Assembly (NCBI GenBank): GCA_965222605.1
Contig: OZ244960.1
Coordinates: 640,001-704,000 of the forward strand
Length of the DNA: 64,000 bases
Reading direction: 5' to 3'
Source: Candidatus Latescibacterota bacterium
GTDB taxonomy: Bacteria > Latescibacterota > UBA2968
Positions 38,729 through 49,677 of this stretch are shown piece after piece (position 1 is the first letter of the stretch; every line of letters begins with the position of its first letter). The notes under the pieces are model-generated. The model was not told the DNA's origin. It was given only the letters and a program-made list of their open reading frames with translations, and did no database searches. The position numbers and the translations under genes were made by a program.

Positions 38729-40108
38729 ATGAGCAATGTACGAGATTTCGGAGCCAGAGGGGACGGCATCACCGATGATACGAAAGCGATAGAGGATGCC
38801 CTGGCAAAAGGAGATGGAACGCTGCAATTTCCAAAAGGCGACTATCTCATTACGCACCCCATTAAAATAAAATTGGCCGACAGCGGGCGGGTAAGCATAG
38901 ATGGATCAGGAGGCACGGCAAAAATTCTCATGAACGGTGCAGGACCCGCATTTCAAATCGCAGGCACACATGAGCGCTCGGCCGATCCCAAAACCTTTGA
39001 ACCCGGCGTCTGGACCCATGAAAGAATGCCCACAATATCAAATTTAGAGATTGAAGGCAAACACCCCAAAGCAGATGGCTTCACGCTAACAGGCACCATG
39101 CAGGCAACCTTTGAAGGCGTACTATTGCGGAAGCTAAACCACGCCATCCACATACGCGATCGCGCCCGAAATGTCCTTATCTCCCACTGTCACCTGCACG
39201 ACAACCGCGGCGCAGGCATCTTTCTCGATCATGTAGATCTACATCAAATCATCGTAACCGCCTCCCACATAAGCTATTGCAAACGCGGGGGTATCAGAAT
39301 CATCGGCTCGCAAATCCGCAACTTACAAATCACCGGCAACGACATCGAATACAACTACGACGAAAATGCAGACCGCTCCGCAGATATCTGGATCGACACC
39401 AGCGACGGATCCGCCACCGTCCGCGAAGGCACCATATCGGGCAATACCATCCAGGCACTACCTTCGCCTGGAGGCGTAAATATATTGATGATCGGCCACT
39501 CTCCTCAAACGAATAACAAGGTGGGCCTGTTCACCATTGCGGGAAATTTGATCGGCACACAGGAAAATAACATCCACCTCATCGCGGCCAGAGGCGTCAC
39601 CATCTCGGGAAACGCGATCTACAATGGATTCAACCGAAACCTCCTGGTAGAACACGCGCAAAATATCGTGGTTGGGGGCAACAGCTTTGACCACAACCCC
39701 GATTATGGCCCCTCGCGCCGTACTGGCATTCAATTTATAAACAGCACAGATTGTATCCTCAGCGGATCAACGCTTCACGAGTTCCAAAGCGGACGAGATG
39801 AAAACGCGGATGATCGCCAGGGCCTTTTGGAAATCATCCGTTGCGCCCGGCTCACCGTAAACGGCTGCCAGATATTGGACGGCTATCCAGGCGCGATATA
39901 TATATCCGACTCCGACGACATCAGCATCACCGGATGTACCTTATTGGAGAGACGAAAACAAAAAGAAACCGTTTCAACGGTTCGCTGGAAAGGCATAGGC
40001 CGTGGTAATTTATTGAGCAACAACCGAATCGGAAACGGAATAGCAGGTGCATTATCCATAGACGAAACTGCTGACGTTCAAATCAGTCACAACCGGATGG
40101 ATATCTAA
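38729..40108 (+). CDS. Right-handed parallel beta-helix protein (pectin-lyase fold)
   Basis: NVRDFGARGDGITDDTKAI, FPKGDY, repeated I(S/T)GN.I turns. Confidence 0.85.
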   Translation: MSNVRDFGARGDGITDDTKAIEDALAKGDGTLQFPKGDYLITHPIKIKLADSGRVSIDGSGGTAKILMNGAGPAFQIAGTHERSADPKTFEPGVWTHERMPTISNLEIEGKHPKADGFTLTGTMQATFEGVLLRKLNHAIHIRDRARNVLISHCHLHDNRGAGIFLDHVDLHQIIVTASHISYCKRGGIRIIGSQIRNLQITGNDIEYNYDENADRSADIWIDTSDGSATVREGTISGNTIQALPSPGGVNILMIGHSPQTNNKVGLFTIAGNLIGTQENNIHLIAARGVTISGNAIYNGFNRNLLVEHAQNIVVGGNSFDHNPDYGPSRRTGIQFINSTDCILSGSTLHEFQSGRDENADDRQGLLEIIRCARLTVNGCQILDGYPGAIYISDSDDISITGCTLLERRKQKETVSTVRWKGIGRGNLLSNNRIGNGIAGALSIDETADVQISHNRMDI

Positions 40109-40118
40109 GGAGGTAAAT

Positions 40119-41210
40119 TTGTCTTTAAAACCCGACCTCTCAAAAGTACCTGGCGTCGTGATTGATCACAGCCCCGCCAGCACAAAACAATACCTGGGTA
40201 GCCCGAGCATCGTCATCATGCCCAATGGAGACTACATAACATCCCGTGACTTTTTTGGACCGGGCACAAATTACGACCGCATGGCCGTATTTCGTTCGCG
40301 CGACAAAGGGGAAACCTGGACCCAAATATCCGAACTGATCGGTCAGTGGTGGTCCAATCTGTTTTTGCACAAAGGCGACCTCTATCTACTCGGCACAAGC
40401 CGCGAATATGGCTATGCCGTAATTCGGCGATCTACAGACGCGGGTAAAACATGGACCGTACCAAAAGACAAACACACCGGACAAATCTCTGCTGAGGATC
40501 GCTATCACTGTGCCCCAATGCCCGTCGTCGCCCACAATGGATATCTCTGGCGCGCATTTGAATTGGCCTATGGTCCGCGAGAAGAGTGGAAAGCGCTGGT
40601 TCTTTCCGTACCCGAAGATGCAGATTTGCTTCGGGCAGAGAACTGGCGATTTAGCGAAGCGTATCAACACCTCTGGTCAAGTTCACAGTGGATTGAAGGC
40701 AATATCGTGATCACGCCAGATAACAAACTGGTAAACATCTTGCGTTCAAACCTGAGAAATGTCTCTCCCGAAGAGATACAGGCAAAAAGCGATAAAGCGG
40801 CTATTTTGCATATCTCAGAAGACGGAAAGACATTGACGCATGATCGGGATAGAGACCTGATCGATTTTCCGGGTGGCGGCGTAAAATTCACAATTCGATT
40901 TGACGATCAAACACAGCGCTATTGGTCATTGGGATGCAAACAAACCGATCCGCCAGCATACCGAAATACATTGGTCTTGACATCATCTACAGATTTGCAA
41001 ACCTGGCGAATCGAATCCGTAATCCTGCACCATCCCGATCCAGAAAAACACGCATTTCAATACGTTGACTGGCAATTTGAAGGCACTGATCTAATAGTGG
41101 CATCGCGCACAGCCTATGACGATGGCCTGGGCGGCGCGCACAACGGGCATGATGCGAACTATTTGACATTTCATCGAATTGAAAATTTCAGAGATCGAAT
41201 GGATGATTAA
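40119..41210 (+). CDS. BNR/Asp-box sialidase-like beta-propeller protein
   Basis: Asp boxes SRDKGETW, STDAGKTW, SSTDLQTW; FQYVDW; HDANY. Confidence 0.8.
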   Translation: MSLKPDLSKVPGVVIDHSPASTKQYLGSPSIVIMPNGDYITSRDFFGPGTNYDRMAVFRSRDKGETWTQISELIGQWWSNLFLHKGDLYLLGTSREYGYAVIRRSTDAGKTWTVPKDKHTGQISAEDRYHCAPMPVVAHNGYLWRAFELAYGPREEWKALVLSVPEDADLLRAENWRFSEAYQHLWSSSQWIEGNIVITPDNKLVNILRSNLRNVSPEEIQAKSDKAAILHISEDGKTLTHDRDRDLIDFPGGGVKFTIRFDDQTQRYWSLGCKQTDPPAYRNTLVLTSSTDLQTWRIESVILHHPDPEKHAFQYVDWQFEGTDLIVASRTAYDDGLGGAHNGHDANYLTFHRIENFRDRMDD

Positions 41211-41234
41211 AGAATAGGACTCGGGGAGGATATA

Positions 41235-42148
41235 ATGAGACCAATTCACAGCCTTCAGCCAGACAGGATATTTTGCAATGGGAACCTGATCACCATGGCC
41301 GACCACAGCGGGACTGCGGTTGCCGTGTTGAATGGATCCATTTGCGCTGTGGGATCTGATCGTGAAATTATCGGTCTTGCAGGACCCGACACCGAGCGCG
41401 CCGACCTGGCGGGAAAAACCATGCTACCCGGATTTTACGACACACATGGACATTTCCCGAGCGCAGGACTCGTGGCTATTTCTTCAGTGAATTGCAATTC
41501 CCCGCCGATGGGACCTGTGGAAAAGATCGATGATATTGTTCAGCTCTTGGCAGAACAAGCCAAAGGCATCCCAGAGGGTCAGTGGGTATTGGGCAGGGGC
41601 TATGACGATACACTACTGGCAGAAAAACGGCACCCGACACGGGCAGATTTAGATCGGGCTTCGCAGACCCACCCGATATGCATCGTCCACACCTCGGGCC
41701 ATTTTGCATCGGCAAATACACGCGCATTGGAACGCGCCGGAATCCATTCTGACACGCCCAATCCAACAGGCGGAGTAATTCGCAAGGACCTCATCACGGG
41801 AGAGCCGGACGGTGTTTTGGAAGAGACCGCAATGCGTCCAGTGAGAAATTTGATTCCACCATTGGACGAAGCCCAGTGGTTTGAAGGGTTGGAGATCGCA
41901 GTAGATGAATATGTCCGCGAGGGCGTAACCTCAATAGTAATCGCCGGCTGCAACCGCCGCGACATTGCGCGACTGATGCCGCCTGGCAAAATTTTGAAGA
42001 AGATGCGAAAGGATCCATTGAGGTGGGCAAACTGGCGGACTTTGTGGTTTTAGAATCAGACCCATTTGCAGGGGATGTGTTGGCAATAAAGGATATCGAT
42101 ATTCTGGAAACAATTGTGGGCGGGAAGACAGTCTATCGCAAAGCGTGA
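41235..42148 (+). pseudogene. YtcJ-like amidohydrolase with a large out-of-frame internal deletion
   Basis: N-half PGFYDTHGH..SGH..ANT.AL..GVTS; at about 41975 it jumps into another frame carrying the family C-terminus AAWQNFEEDAKGSIEVGKLADFVVL..TIVGGKTVY*. Confidence 0.8.
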
Positions 42149-42180
42149 TAACAGCCGCAAAATATAATCATTTACAAAGG

Positions 42181-42216
42181 AAAAGAACGGCAACGATTGA
42201 GCATTGCCGTTCTTTT
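42181..42216 (+). terminator. Intrinsic terminator
   Basis: AAAAGAACGGCAA...TTGCCGTTCTTTT. Confidence 0.7.
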
Positions 42217-42328
42217 CTTTCTTATTACAGGACAAATTCATTTTGCTTGCATTCACAATTCAAGTGCGTTAATATATCGAAGTAAATTATTTTAATGAAT
42301 AAGTTTTCGAATAACATGATAAAACCAG

Positions 42329-42342
42329 ACCTGATATCAGGT
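42329..42342. promoter_or_regulatory. Perfect 14-bp palindrome, candidate operator upstream of operon B
   Basis: ACCTGATATCAGGT. Confidence 0.45.
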
Positions 42343-42425
42343 AAGGAGGTCAAATGATCTGATGCAATTGCGTTTGGGAAATCTCTTTAATACAACATAT
42401 CAATACGCAGTCGAGAAAGGAGTCT

Positions 42426-43127
42426 TTGTTGAAAAAATTACTCTTGATTTTATGCATTGTCGTGCTGTTGCCGAATGCACAGGCGACCGCACAAGAAGGT
42501 GCTTTTGGCGCTGGCGGCTTTTTTGACTTCTACATTCCCGTCTTCAACTTCAAAGACATGTACGATAGTGGTACAAAATTTGGAGGCACAGCGCATTATA
42601 TCTATCACAAGCGCAAGATGGTCGAAGTAGAATTTCACCATGCCCGCTTTAACGATGGCAGCCTTGAAACACGCACCTTCAGCTTCAGCGACGGTAATGA
42701 ATACACCAGCCCACAGGCCGAAGCCAACATGACCATTAACAGCATCAATGCCAACTGGCTATTTGCATTGCGAGAACAAGGGTTTGGCCAGGGCACAACG
42801 CTCTATCTCACATTTGGCGCGGGCCTTCACGATTATTCCAGCAAAGTCAGCGGTCTGATCTTTCCCGGTCAAATACCTTCGGGTGCCGGTGCGCCTCCCG
42901 ACCCAACCATCCTCCTGGAACCCATTGACGACACGCGCACAGCCTTTAGTGCCAGCTTTGGCGGCGGGGTTCAAATCGGTATGGGAGACAAAGCCGCGTT
43001 AGATGTGCGTGTACGCTATAATATTGTGATGGGAGAGTTGCGTCCCTTCCTAATTTGGGGCATTGAAAAAACATATCCCTTTAACCTCATTGATATCGGT
43101 GTTGGTATCAAATTCAACTTGAATTAA
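42426..43127 (+). CDS. Small outer-membrane beta-barrel protein, copy B
   Basis: Signal peptide; EVEFHH, SGLIFPGQ, RYNIVMGELRP match copy A. Confidence 0.75.
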   Translation: MLKKLLLILCIVVLLPNAQATAQEGAFGAGGFFDFYIPVFNFKDMYDSGTKFGGTAHYIYHKRKMVEVEFHHARFNDGSLETRTFSFSDGNEYTSPQAEANMTINSINANWLFALREQGFGQGTTLYLTFGAGLHDYSSKVSGLIFPGQIPSGAGAPPDPTILLEPIDDTRTAFSASFGGGVQIGMGDKAALDVRVRYNIVMGELRPFLIWGIEKTYPFNLIDIGVGIKFNLN

Positions 43128-43141
43128 AAGGAGAGCCGCGA

Positions 43142-46100
43142 ATGAAACGAATCGTTATGATTTTCATACTTTTGGGTTTTGCCCACCCCCTATATGCAGG
43201 CACCACGGGTAAAATCTCTGGTATCATCAAAGACGATCAGGGCAGCCCGCTTCCCGGCGCCAATGTGATCGTAGAAGACACGCGACTCGGCGCTGTGGCA
43301 GACGCCGATGGCAGCTATTTTATCATCAATATCCTGCCGGGACGATACACGCTCACGGCCTCGCTTATCGGATACACCAATCAGACCCAGAGCGATGTGT
43401 CGGTCAAAACGGATTTCACCACGCCACTCAATTTTCAACTCAAAGAAACCACAGTCGAATTGGCTGAACTCACGGTAGTGGCCGAACGCCCGCCCGTGGA
43501 AAAAGACAAAACCACGAGCAAATACATCATGGGCGGCGATGCGATTGATCGGCTATCTACAGTGGCAAATACGTCAGAACTCATGAGCCTTCAGGCCGGT
43601 GTCTCTCTCGACAACAACGAACCTGCCATTCGAGGCAGCTACCAGGGCAACCGGGGCAACTCGGAAACACTCGTCTATGTGGATGGCGTCGTCATGGATG
43701 CGGGCACTGCCCGGGGCGATGTTCAGTTTGTCGGTGTCAACAGCGCCGCCGTACAAGAAATTACCGTCATCACCGGCGGGATGGAAGCCGAATACGGCAA
43801 TGCCACATCTGGCGCCATTAACATCATCACCCGCGAAGGCGGCAAAAACTTTCACGGCAAAGGTCGCCTCGCCTATATTCCCCCCGGCAAAAAACACTGG
43901 GGGGGCAATGTCTATGACAGCCCCATCCACAAAGGCAGAATGAAATGGGGCGACGCGGCATGGGAAAATGAAACATACGCAGATCCCGGCCCAGATCGCC
44001 AGATGGGAACGGGCGACGACATCACCCGCATGGCCCATGAGCGCACGGACTACACGGGCATTCACGGTTATGAAGTCGATGGCTCAATCTCGGGTCCATT
44101 GCTGGGCAATGCCTCCTTTTTTGTCACCGCACAACACGAGGGACAAGCCTCACACTTTCCCTCCCCCACCAAACGCGGCATCTTCCATCAGGCCGTCTCA
44201 ACATCACCACAAACCGCCCGCTGGATCGAATCGCCCGCCAACATCAAAGGCACCTACAAACTGGCCTGGGATGTGCAATCCAACATAAAGGTTAAAGTCG
44301 GCGGGGTTTACTCCCGCCACGAAGCCTATCAGGTCGGCGAAGGCGAAAGCTGGGTGCAGGGGGTCAAGCGCACCGTTGGCCGAGAACTTCAGGGCATTGA
44401 CGTTTTCCTGCCCGCAGACGAAGCTGGCGCAGGCATCGCCAACGTCAAACACGACCTGGCATACATATCCCTCACGCACACCCTGAGCAACAAAACCTTT
44501 TACGAAGCACGGTTATCCTATTACCGCGATGCCACAGACACGACCAACGTGCCGGGCGTCACCAGCCAATTTGGCGGCGGCATTACAGAACCACTCAGAA
44601 AAGATCAGGATGGGGTATTCACCATTGGCCCCAGACGGGTCTCCATCTGGATCAACGACCATCGCGCCCGCCTCAATTTCAAACTCGATTATTCCAGCCA
44701 GATCAACAAGAACCACTTCATCAAAACGGGGATTGACCTGACGCGACACACCTACTGGTGGAACCAGATCAACTGGCCGCAGGCGGGCAAATCGCGCTAT
44801 CAACTCGCGGGCGTGCCCTATGAAATGGGCGAACCCATAAATCCCATACAGTCCGCCTTCTACCTCCAGGACAAAATGGAATTTGAAGGCATCATTGTCA
44901 ACTTGGGCGTCCGCTACGACAGGCACGACCACAATGGCGATTTTTACTCCCCACTTGCCAACAATGCCTGGGCCGGAGCACCTATGACCAACTCGTGGTC
45001 CCGGCAGCGCAAGTTTATGCCGCGCACCTCTGTATCGACCAAATCCGCATGGAGTCCTCGTCTCGGCGTTTCGCACCCCATTACGGCCAATGCTATCATT
45101 CGATTTTCCTATGGTATCTTTCATCAAATGCCCGGGTTCTGGCACCTCTATTCCTACGAATGGCGCGGTGTTGCTCCCCCCGAAGACTTCAATAACAACG
45201 GACAAATCGACGACACCGAATGGCTCAATAAAAACAACCAGCCAGCCACCACGGGCAACCCCCACCTCGACTACAAACGCTCCACCAATTTCGAGGTAGG
45301 CACAGATTGGAACTTTTACCAGGACTATGTCCTGAGCTTTACGACTTATCAGCAAAGCGTAGATGGGCAGGTTCGATTCGGCAATGCCCGGTGGCGGGAT
45401 CCCAGTCGCAAAAGTCAAAGGGGACGCAATACACCGCTCGGTTATGTCTTTACAGACAATCGGGGTTTTGAAATGAGTCTGAGAAAGGACTTCAGCCAGA
45501 ACTTCTCCTTCCAGGTCGCGTACAACCACCAGTGGCAGTCGGGAGGCAATGCGGGAATCAACCGCATTATTTACTTCCCCACCTCGCAATTTATCGCCTC
45601 CGATCTCTATTTCATCCAGCACACCAAAGACACCAATGGCGATGGCGTAGTCAATGCCAGCGACGACGGCTCAGAGGCAAAAGTATCGCTCACCCCGCAA
45701 CAGATTCAGGAAATCGGCGCCGAAGCAGACCGCTATATCCAGACCATACGAGAGGGCACCAACCCCGACTGGAACCCGCTGACCGACAGCGAAATACAGG
45801 AAGTGGAAAATCTTCCCGGTGTCTTCTTTTTCACCCGCAACACCACCTCTGACCGAAGTGCTGGCCGCGGGGGCCGTGCCGAAACCGCTGGTTTTGGCGA
45901 CCGACGCGGCACCATGAAAATCGCGTTTACGTATGAAACGCCCATGCATTACGGTCCAGCCCTCGGCGGCTTCAGGCTCAATGTGATCAACACCTTGAAA
46001 ACGGGACGCCGAATCAGCATCCCGCATCCCACACAGGGTAATGTCGAGCGATTTGGGCCTATGGAAACCAAGACCAACCTGTCTCTGGAAAAACGCATTC

Positions 46101-46363
46101 GGACAGGTAAAACAGAAGCCGTTCTATTTATGAACGTGTACAACTTCTTCAACCAGCGCGATCCAGCCACCGAGTATTTCTGGCGCGGTCCCTGGTTTGA
46201 CCGACATAGACAGGGTCCGCAGTCCGAACTCTGGTATCTCTATGGCATGGACATGCCCAAACCCACGGACAAAAATTATATCAACTACGGCGACACCAAA
46301 GAATACCACCGCTGGGCCGGACGGCCCCGAGAGATCAGCATAGGTCTCCAGCTCGGATTCTAA
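43142..46363 (+). CDS. TonB-dependent receptor, copy B
   Basis: GKISGII..LPGANV, TGGMEAEYGNA, YLQDKME, SPRLGVSHP, PREISIGLQLGF. Confidence 0.92.
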   Translation: MKRIVMIFILLGFAHPLYAGTTGKISGIIKDDQGSPLPGANVIVEDTRLGAVADADGSYFIINILPGRYTLTASLIGYTNQTQSDVSVKTDFTTPLNFQLKETTVELAELTVVAERPPVEKDKTTSKYIMGGDAIDRLSTVANTSELMSLQAGVSLDNNEPAIRGSYQGNRGNSETLVYVDGVVMDAGTARGDVQFVGVNSAAVQEITVITGGMEAEYGNATSGAINIITREGGKNFHGKGRLAYIPPGKKHWGGNVYDSPIHKGRMKWGDAAWENETYADPGPDRQMGTGDDITRMAHERTDYTGIHGYEVDGSISGPLLGNASFFVTAQHEGQASHFPSPTKRGIFHQAVSTSPQTARWIESPANIKGTYKLAWDVQSNIKVKVGGVYSRHEAYQVGEGESWVQGVKRTVGRELQGIDVFLPADEAGAGIANVKHDLAYISLTHTLSNKTFYEARLSYYRDATDTTNVPGVTSQFGGGITEPLRKDQDGVFTIGPRRVSIWINDHRARLNFKLDYSSQINKNHFIKTGIDLTRHTYWWNQINWPQAGKSRYQLAGVPYEMGEPINPIQSAFYLQDKMEFEGIIVNLGVRYDRHDHNGDFYSPLANNAWAGAPMTNSWSRQRKFMPRTSVSTKSAWSPRLGVSHPITANAIIRFSYGIFHQMPGFWHLYSYEWRGVAPPEDFNNNGQIDDTEWLNKNNQPATTGNPHLDYKRSTNFEVGTDWNFYQDYVLSFTTYQQSVDGQVRFGNARWRDPSRKSQRGRNTPLGYVFTDNRGFEMSLRKDFSQNFSFQVAYNHQWQSGGNAGINRIIYFPTSQFIASDLYFIQHTKDTNGDGVVNASDDGSEAKVSLTPQQIQEIGAEADRYIQTIREGTNPDWNPLTDSEIQEVENLPGVFFFTRNTTSDRSAGRGGRAETAGFGDRRGTMKIAFTYETPMHYGPALGGFRLNVINTLKTGRRISIPHPTQGNVERFGPMETKTNLSLEKRIRTGKTEAVLFMNVYNFFNQRDPATEYFWRGPWFDRHRQGPQSELWYLYGMDMPKPTDKNYINYGDTKEYHRWAGRPREISIGLQLGF

Positions 46364-46387
46364 TTTCGTTATCTAAGGAGCAATAGC

Positions 46388-48697
46388 ATGTATCCATTGA
46401 AATACATCGGATGGATGGGCGTTCTATCTGTGCTGGTACTTACATCCGAAATCTGTGCCCAGCAACCCGAACTTCAACGCCACCTCACCCGGGGCAAGCT
46501 CTGGGCCACTTTTCGCAACACCGGCACCCAGGGCCTGCGCGACGACAGCCGCCTGGGCGCAGATGCCGGATTGATGTATCCCGGCTGGGGCATTGGCGAG
46601 CGCGACTTTACAGAATACTGGATCATTGGACAGGACAGCGACCACCGCTATCACACCAGCCAGGGCGAGGGTTTTTGGGTTTTCACCAAAGAAGGCGGGT
46701 CATACAATGTATCTACCTCCAATCCGCGCTACAATACCGACGACATCTTTGAAATGATCTACGATGCCGCTTCGGGTCCAGAGCGCGATTTGGGTGTTGA
46801 AACCCGATCAGCTCTCACGGGCAATACCACGGCCAATTACTGGCCCGGATCACCTGCACTGGTGGCCGACGAACCCATCGAAATCCACAACTACGATTAC
46901 GGACGCTATATTCCCAACGACAACGAGGCCGAAGAAATCATCATCTCCAAATGGACGACAGAACGCGGCCTCACCATTACCCGCAAAGCCAGAGCGTGGA
47001 GCTATCCGGACTACGACGACTTCTTCATTCTGGAAGTCATCATCGAAAACACCGGCGATAACAACGGAGACGGCACACCCGATGAAGGGCTACCCGTTGA
47101 TCACAAGGATGTCTATTTCGCCTTTGTGAACAACCTGGCCCCGTCGTGGGCCGGACACCGATGGCAGAACCAAACCGCACCGTGGGCGTATTCCGACCCG
47201 ATCATCCTGGACGACTGGTACAAATACAGTGAAGCGTCCAATTTCGACGGCCTGGCCGATCTCCGCGGCAAGAAAATCTCTTATGTCTATGACAGCGATC
47301 TGCTCTCTTCCGCTGGAGACGACACGGGTCAGCCTTTCGATAAGAACAACGCCCAGTCAGCCTATATCAACCGGGGCCAGCTCAACAACGGCGAACTCAC
47401 GGCTTTTCAGTACATCGGCCTGGCGCCCCTGGATTATGACCCTACAGACGGATTCTCCAACGACACCGAGACCTACGTGGCCCCCAAAACAATGAACCAG
47501 CCCGCCTATGTCAACTGGTGGGAGATCTACGGGCGCTTCGATTGGGACACGCCAGATATTACCAATCTGAATAGCGACCGGAATCTCTACAATGAATTTA
47601 TTGGTTCAGGTAGAGTACCAGCCGATCAACCCAACCCCGACCATCTCAGCCGCGTAACCTTCGCACACACCTACGGCCCTTACGATCTGGCCCCCGGTGA
47701 AAAAGCCAAAGTCGTAGTCGCCTGGGTAGCCGGATCGGGTGCCGAATTTGCCGGCCCCGGCGGCAGTCCCATGGATGTTTATGAATGGGCGCGTCAGGGC
47801 AATCAAAATCAAGTCGCCGATGGAGAACGCGCACTGGCACAGCATTTGGAACGGGCACAATTTGCCTATGACAACGGTTATGACCTGCCCGACGCGCCTC
47901 CCGATGTTGCCATATTCGTAGATAGCGATGAAAATGGGAACAACGCCATCACATGGTCTGACCGAGTCGAAAAATCGCCCGACCCGGATTATACGGGCGA
48001 CGAAGCCCTGGATGTGCAGGGCTACCGGGTTTATCGCACTCAAAACAACCACCTGGGTCCCTGGGAACTTGTGGCCGATATCCCAAAGGGAGCTACCCCG
48101 ACCAACACGGAGTATGCCCCCGGCACACCCTGGACTTCCCCCACGATTTCGTACTCCGATGGGGGAACCTACACCTATCGGGACGTAGAATCAGTGCCCG
48201 GTTTCAGGTACTGGTATTCGGTGCACACGTACGATTCCGGGCACAGCGACTGGAACGGCACAGGCCGATCCATTCCATCCCTGGAATCTGGGCACAGCGC
48301 ACCCGAACAGCGCATGAATGTTTCCAGAAGCCCCATTGTGATTGCAACCGCTGAAAAAGACGCGCTGGCCGAACAGGTGCGCGTAGTCCCCAATCCCTTT
48401 CGGGACGATCCGGGAGACGTCGATCACCGGTATCCACCTGCCAGCAACAATATTCGCTTTGTCAATATTCCCCGAAAAGCCAAAATCTCCATCTTTTCTA
48501 TCTCCGGAGATCTAATCGCCGTCATCAACCACCCGCAACGCACCACCGATCCCGACCGAGGCGAAGCCACCTGGGGCCAGCGCACGCGCACATTTTCCGG
48601 GCGCGTCGCTGCCGGACGCTACTACTATGTGGTAGAATCTCTGGTTGCTGGAGAAACGGGCAAAAAACAGACCGGGATGTTTATGATCATCAAATAG
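46388..48697 (+). CDS. Secreted protein with FN3-like region and T9SS-CTD-like C-terminus, copy B
   Basis: Signal peptide; VRVVPNPF..IRFVNIP..IFSISGDLI..W..AAGRYYYVVES..GMFMIIK. Confidence 0.75.
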   Translation: MYPLKYIGWMGVLSVLVLTSEICAQQPELQRHLTRGKLWATFRNTGTQGLRDDSRLGADAGLMYPGWGIGERDFTEYWIIGQDSDHRYHTSQGEGFWVFTKEGGSYNVSTSNPRYNTDDIFEMIYDAASGPERDLGVETRSALTGNTTANYWPGSPALVADEPIEIHNYDYGRYIPNDNEAEEIIISKWTTERGLTITRKARAWSYPDYDDFFILEVIIENTGDNNGDGTPDEGLPVDHKDVYFAFVNNLAPSWAGHRWQNQTAPWAYSDPIILDDWYKYSEASNFDGLADLRGKKISYVYDSDLLSSAGDDTGQPFDKNNAQSAYINRGQLNNGELTAFQYIGLAPLDYDPTDGFSNDTETYVAPKTMNQPAYVNWWEIYGRFDWDTPDITNLNSDRNLYNEFIGSGRVPADQPNPDHLSRVTFAHTYGPYDLAPGEKAKVVVAWVAGSGAEFAGPGGSPMDVYEWARQGNQNQVADGERALAQHLERAQFAYDNGYDLPDAPPDVAIFVDSDENGNNAITWSDRVEKSPDPDYTGDEALDVQGYRVYRTQNNHLGPWELVADIPKGATPTNTEYAPGTPWTSPTISYSDGGTYTYRDVESVPGFRYWYSVHTYDSGHSDWNGTGRSIPSLESGHSAPEQRMNVSRSPIVIATAEKDALAEQVRVVPNPFRDDPGDVDHRYPPASNNIRFVNIPRKAKISIFSISGDLIAVINHPQRTTDPDRGEATWGQRTRTFSGRVAAGRYYYVVESLVAGETGKKQTGMFMIIK

Positions 48698-48713
48698 TAC
48701 AAAGGAGATACAC

Positions 48714-49655
48714 GTGAAACGCTTGCAAATAACACTCATCCTGGTCTTCACTGCCTTTGTCCTATCGGCAACAGGCGCAGAAGCCGGACTAAAAAAACTC
48801 GGCAATGCCGGGTTCACCTTCCTCAAAGTCTCTCAAAGCGCACGCGCCGTTGCTATGGGCGATGCGTACACCGCAGTAGGCACAGGTGTGGATGCCATGT
48901 TCTGGAATCCAGCGGGCATCACGCACATTGACCGCGCCGCTTTTAGCCTGGGCTACAACAACTGGATGGTCAACTCCCAATTTTATTCCGGTGCTTTTGC
49001 CTACAACCTGGGCACACAGGCCATAGGCATCACGGTCTTGTCTTTCACACCCGATGAATTTGAAGAAACCACCATTTTCCAGCCCAATGGCACGGGCAAT
49101 ATCATTAAAGACAGCGACTTTGCCATTGGCCTAACCTATGCCATCAAATTCACCGACAGATTGTCATTTGGCGCTCAGGGCAGGTATATTCGGGAAACGC
49201 TCTACACCGATATCAACAGCGGTCTGGACATCTCGATAGGTACGCTCTTTTACACCGGATTCCGCTCTTTGCGTTTGGCCATGACGCTGAAAAATTTCGG
49301 ACAGGATATCGTCATCATCGACGATACGGCCTTCCGTCCCCTCATCTACAGCATCGCGGCTTCCATGGAACTCTACGGCAATCTGGGCGATCCGGTTTCT
49401 CTCACCGTAGCTGCGGAAAATGCCTTCTTTGTCGATTTTGAAGGCCGCATTCACACGGGCGCCGAACTCTGGCTGCACAATATTCTCGCACTGCGCGGTG
49501 GCTGGAAATTCAACAACGATACCGAGAGTTTTGCCCTTGGCTTTGGCCTCAAATACGCGCTCAATGAGCGTCCCTTCACCCTGGACTTTGCATATAGCGA
49601 TATGGGCGAGCTATTGGACCCCACCTATCGGATAACCATTGGCGGTTCTTTCTAA
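48714..49655 (+). CDS. PorV/PorQ-family outer-membrane barrel, copy B
   Basis: FLKVSQSARAVAMGDAY, FWNPAGI, LALRGG, C-terminal Phe. Confidence 0.85.
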   Translation: MKRLQITLILVFTAFVLSATGAEAGLKKLGNAGFTFLKVSQSARAVAMGDAYTAVGTGVDAMFWNPAGITHIDRAAFSLGYNNWMVNSQFYSGAFAYNLGTQAIGITVLSFTPDEFEETTIFQPNGTGNIIKDSDFAIGLTYAIKFTDRLSFGAQGRYIRETLYTDINSGLDISIGTLFYTGFRSLRLAMTLKNFGQDIVIIDDTAFRPLIYSIAASMELYGNLGDPVSLTVAAENAFFVDFEGRIHTGAELWLHNILALRGGWKFNNDTESFALGFGLKYALNERPFTLDFAYSDMGELLDPTYRITIGGSF

Positions 49656-49677
49656 AACACCTCTTATGGAATCTGGT

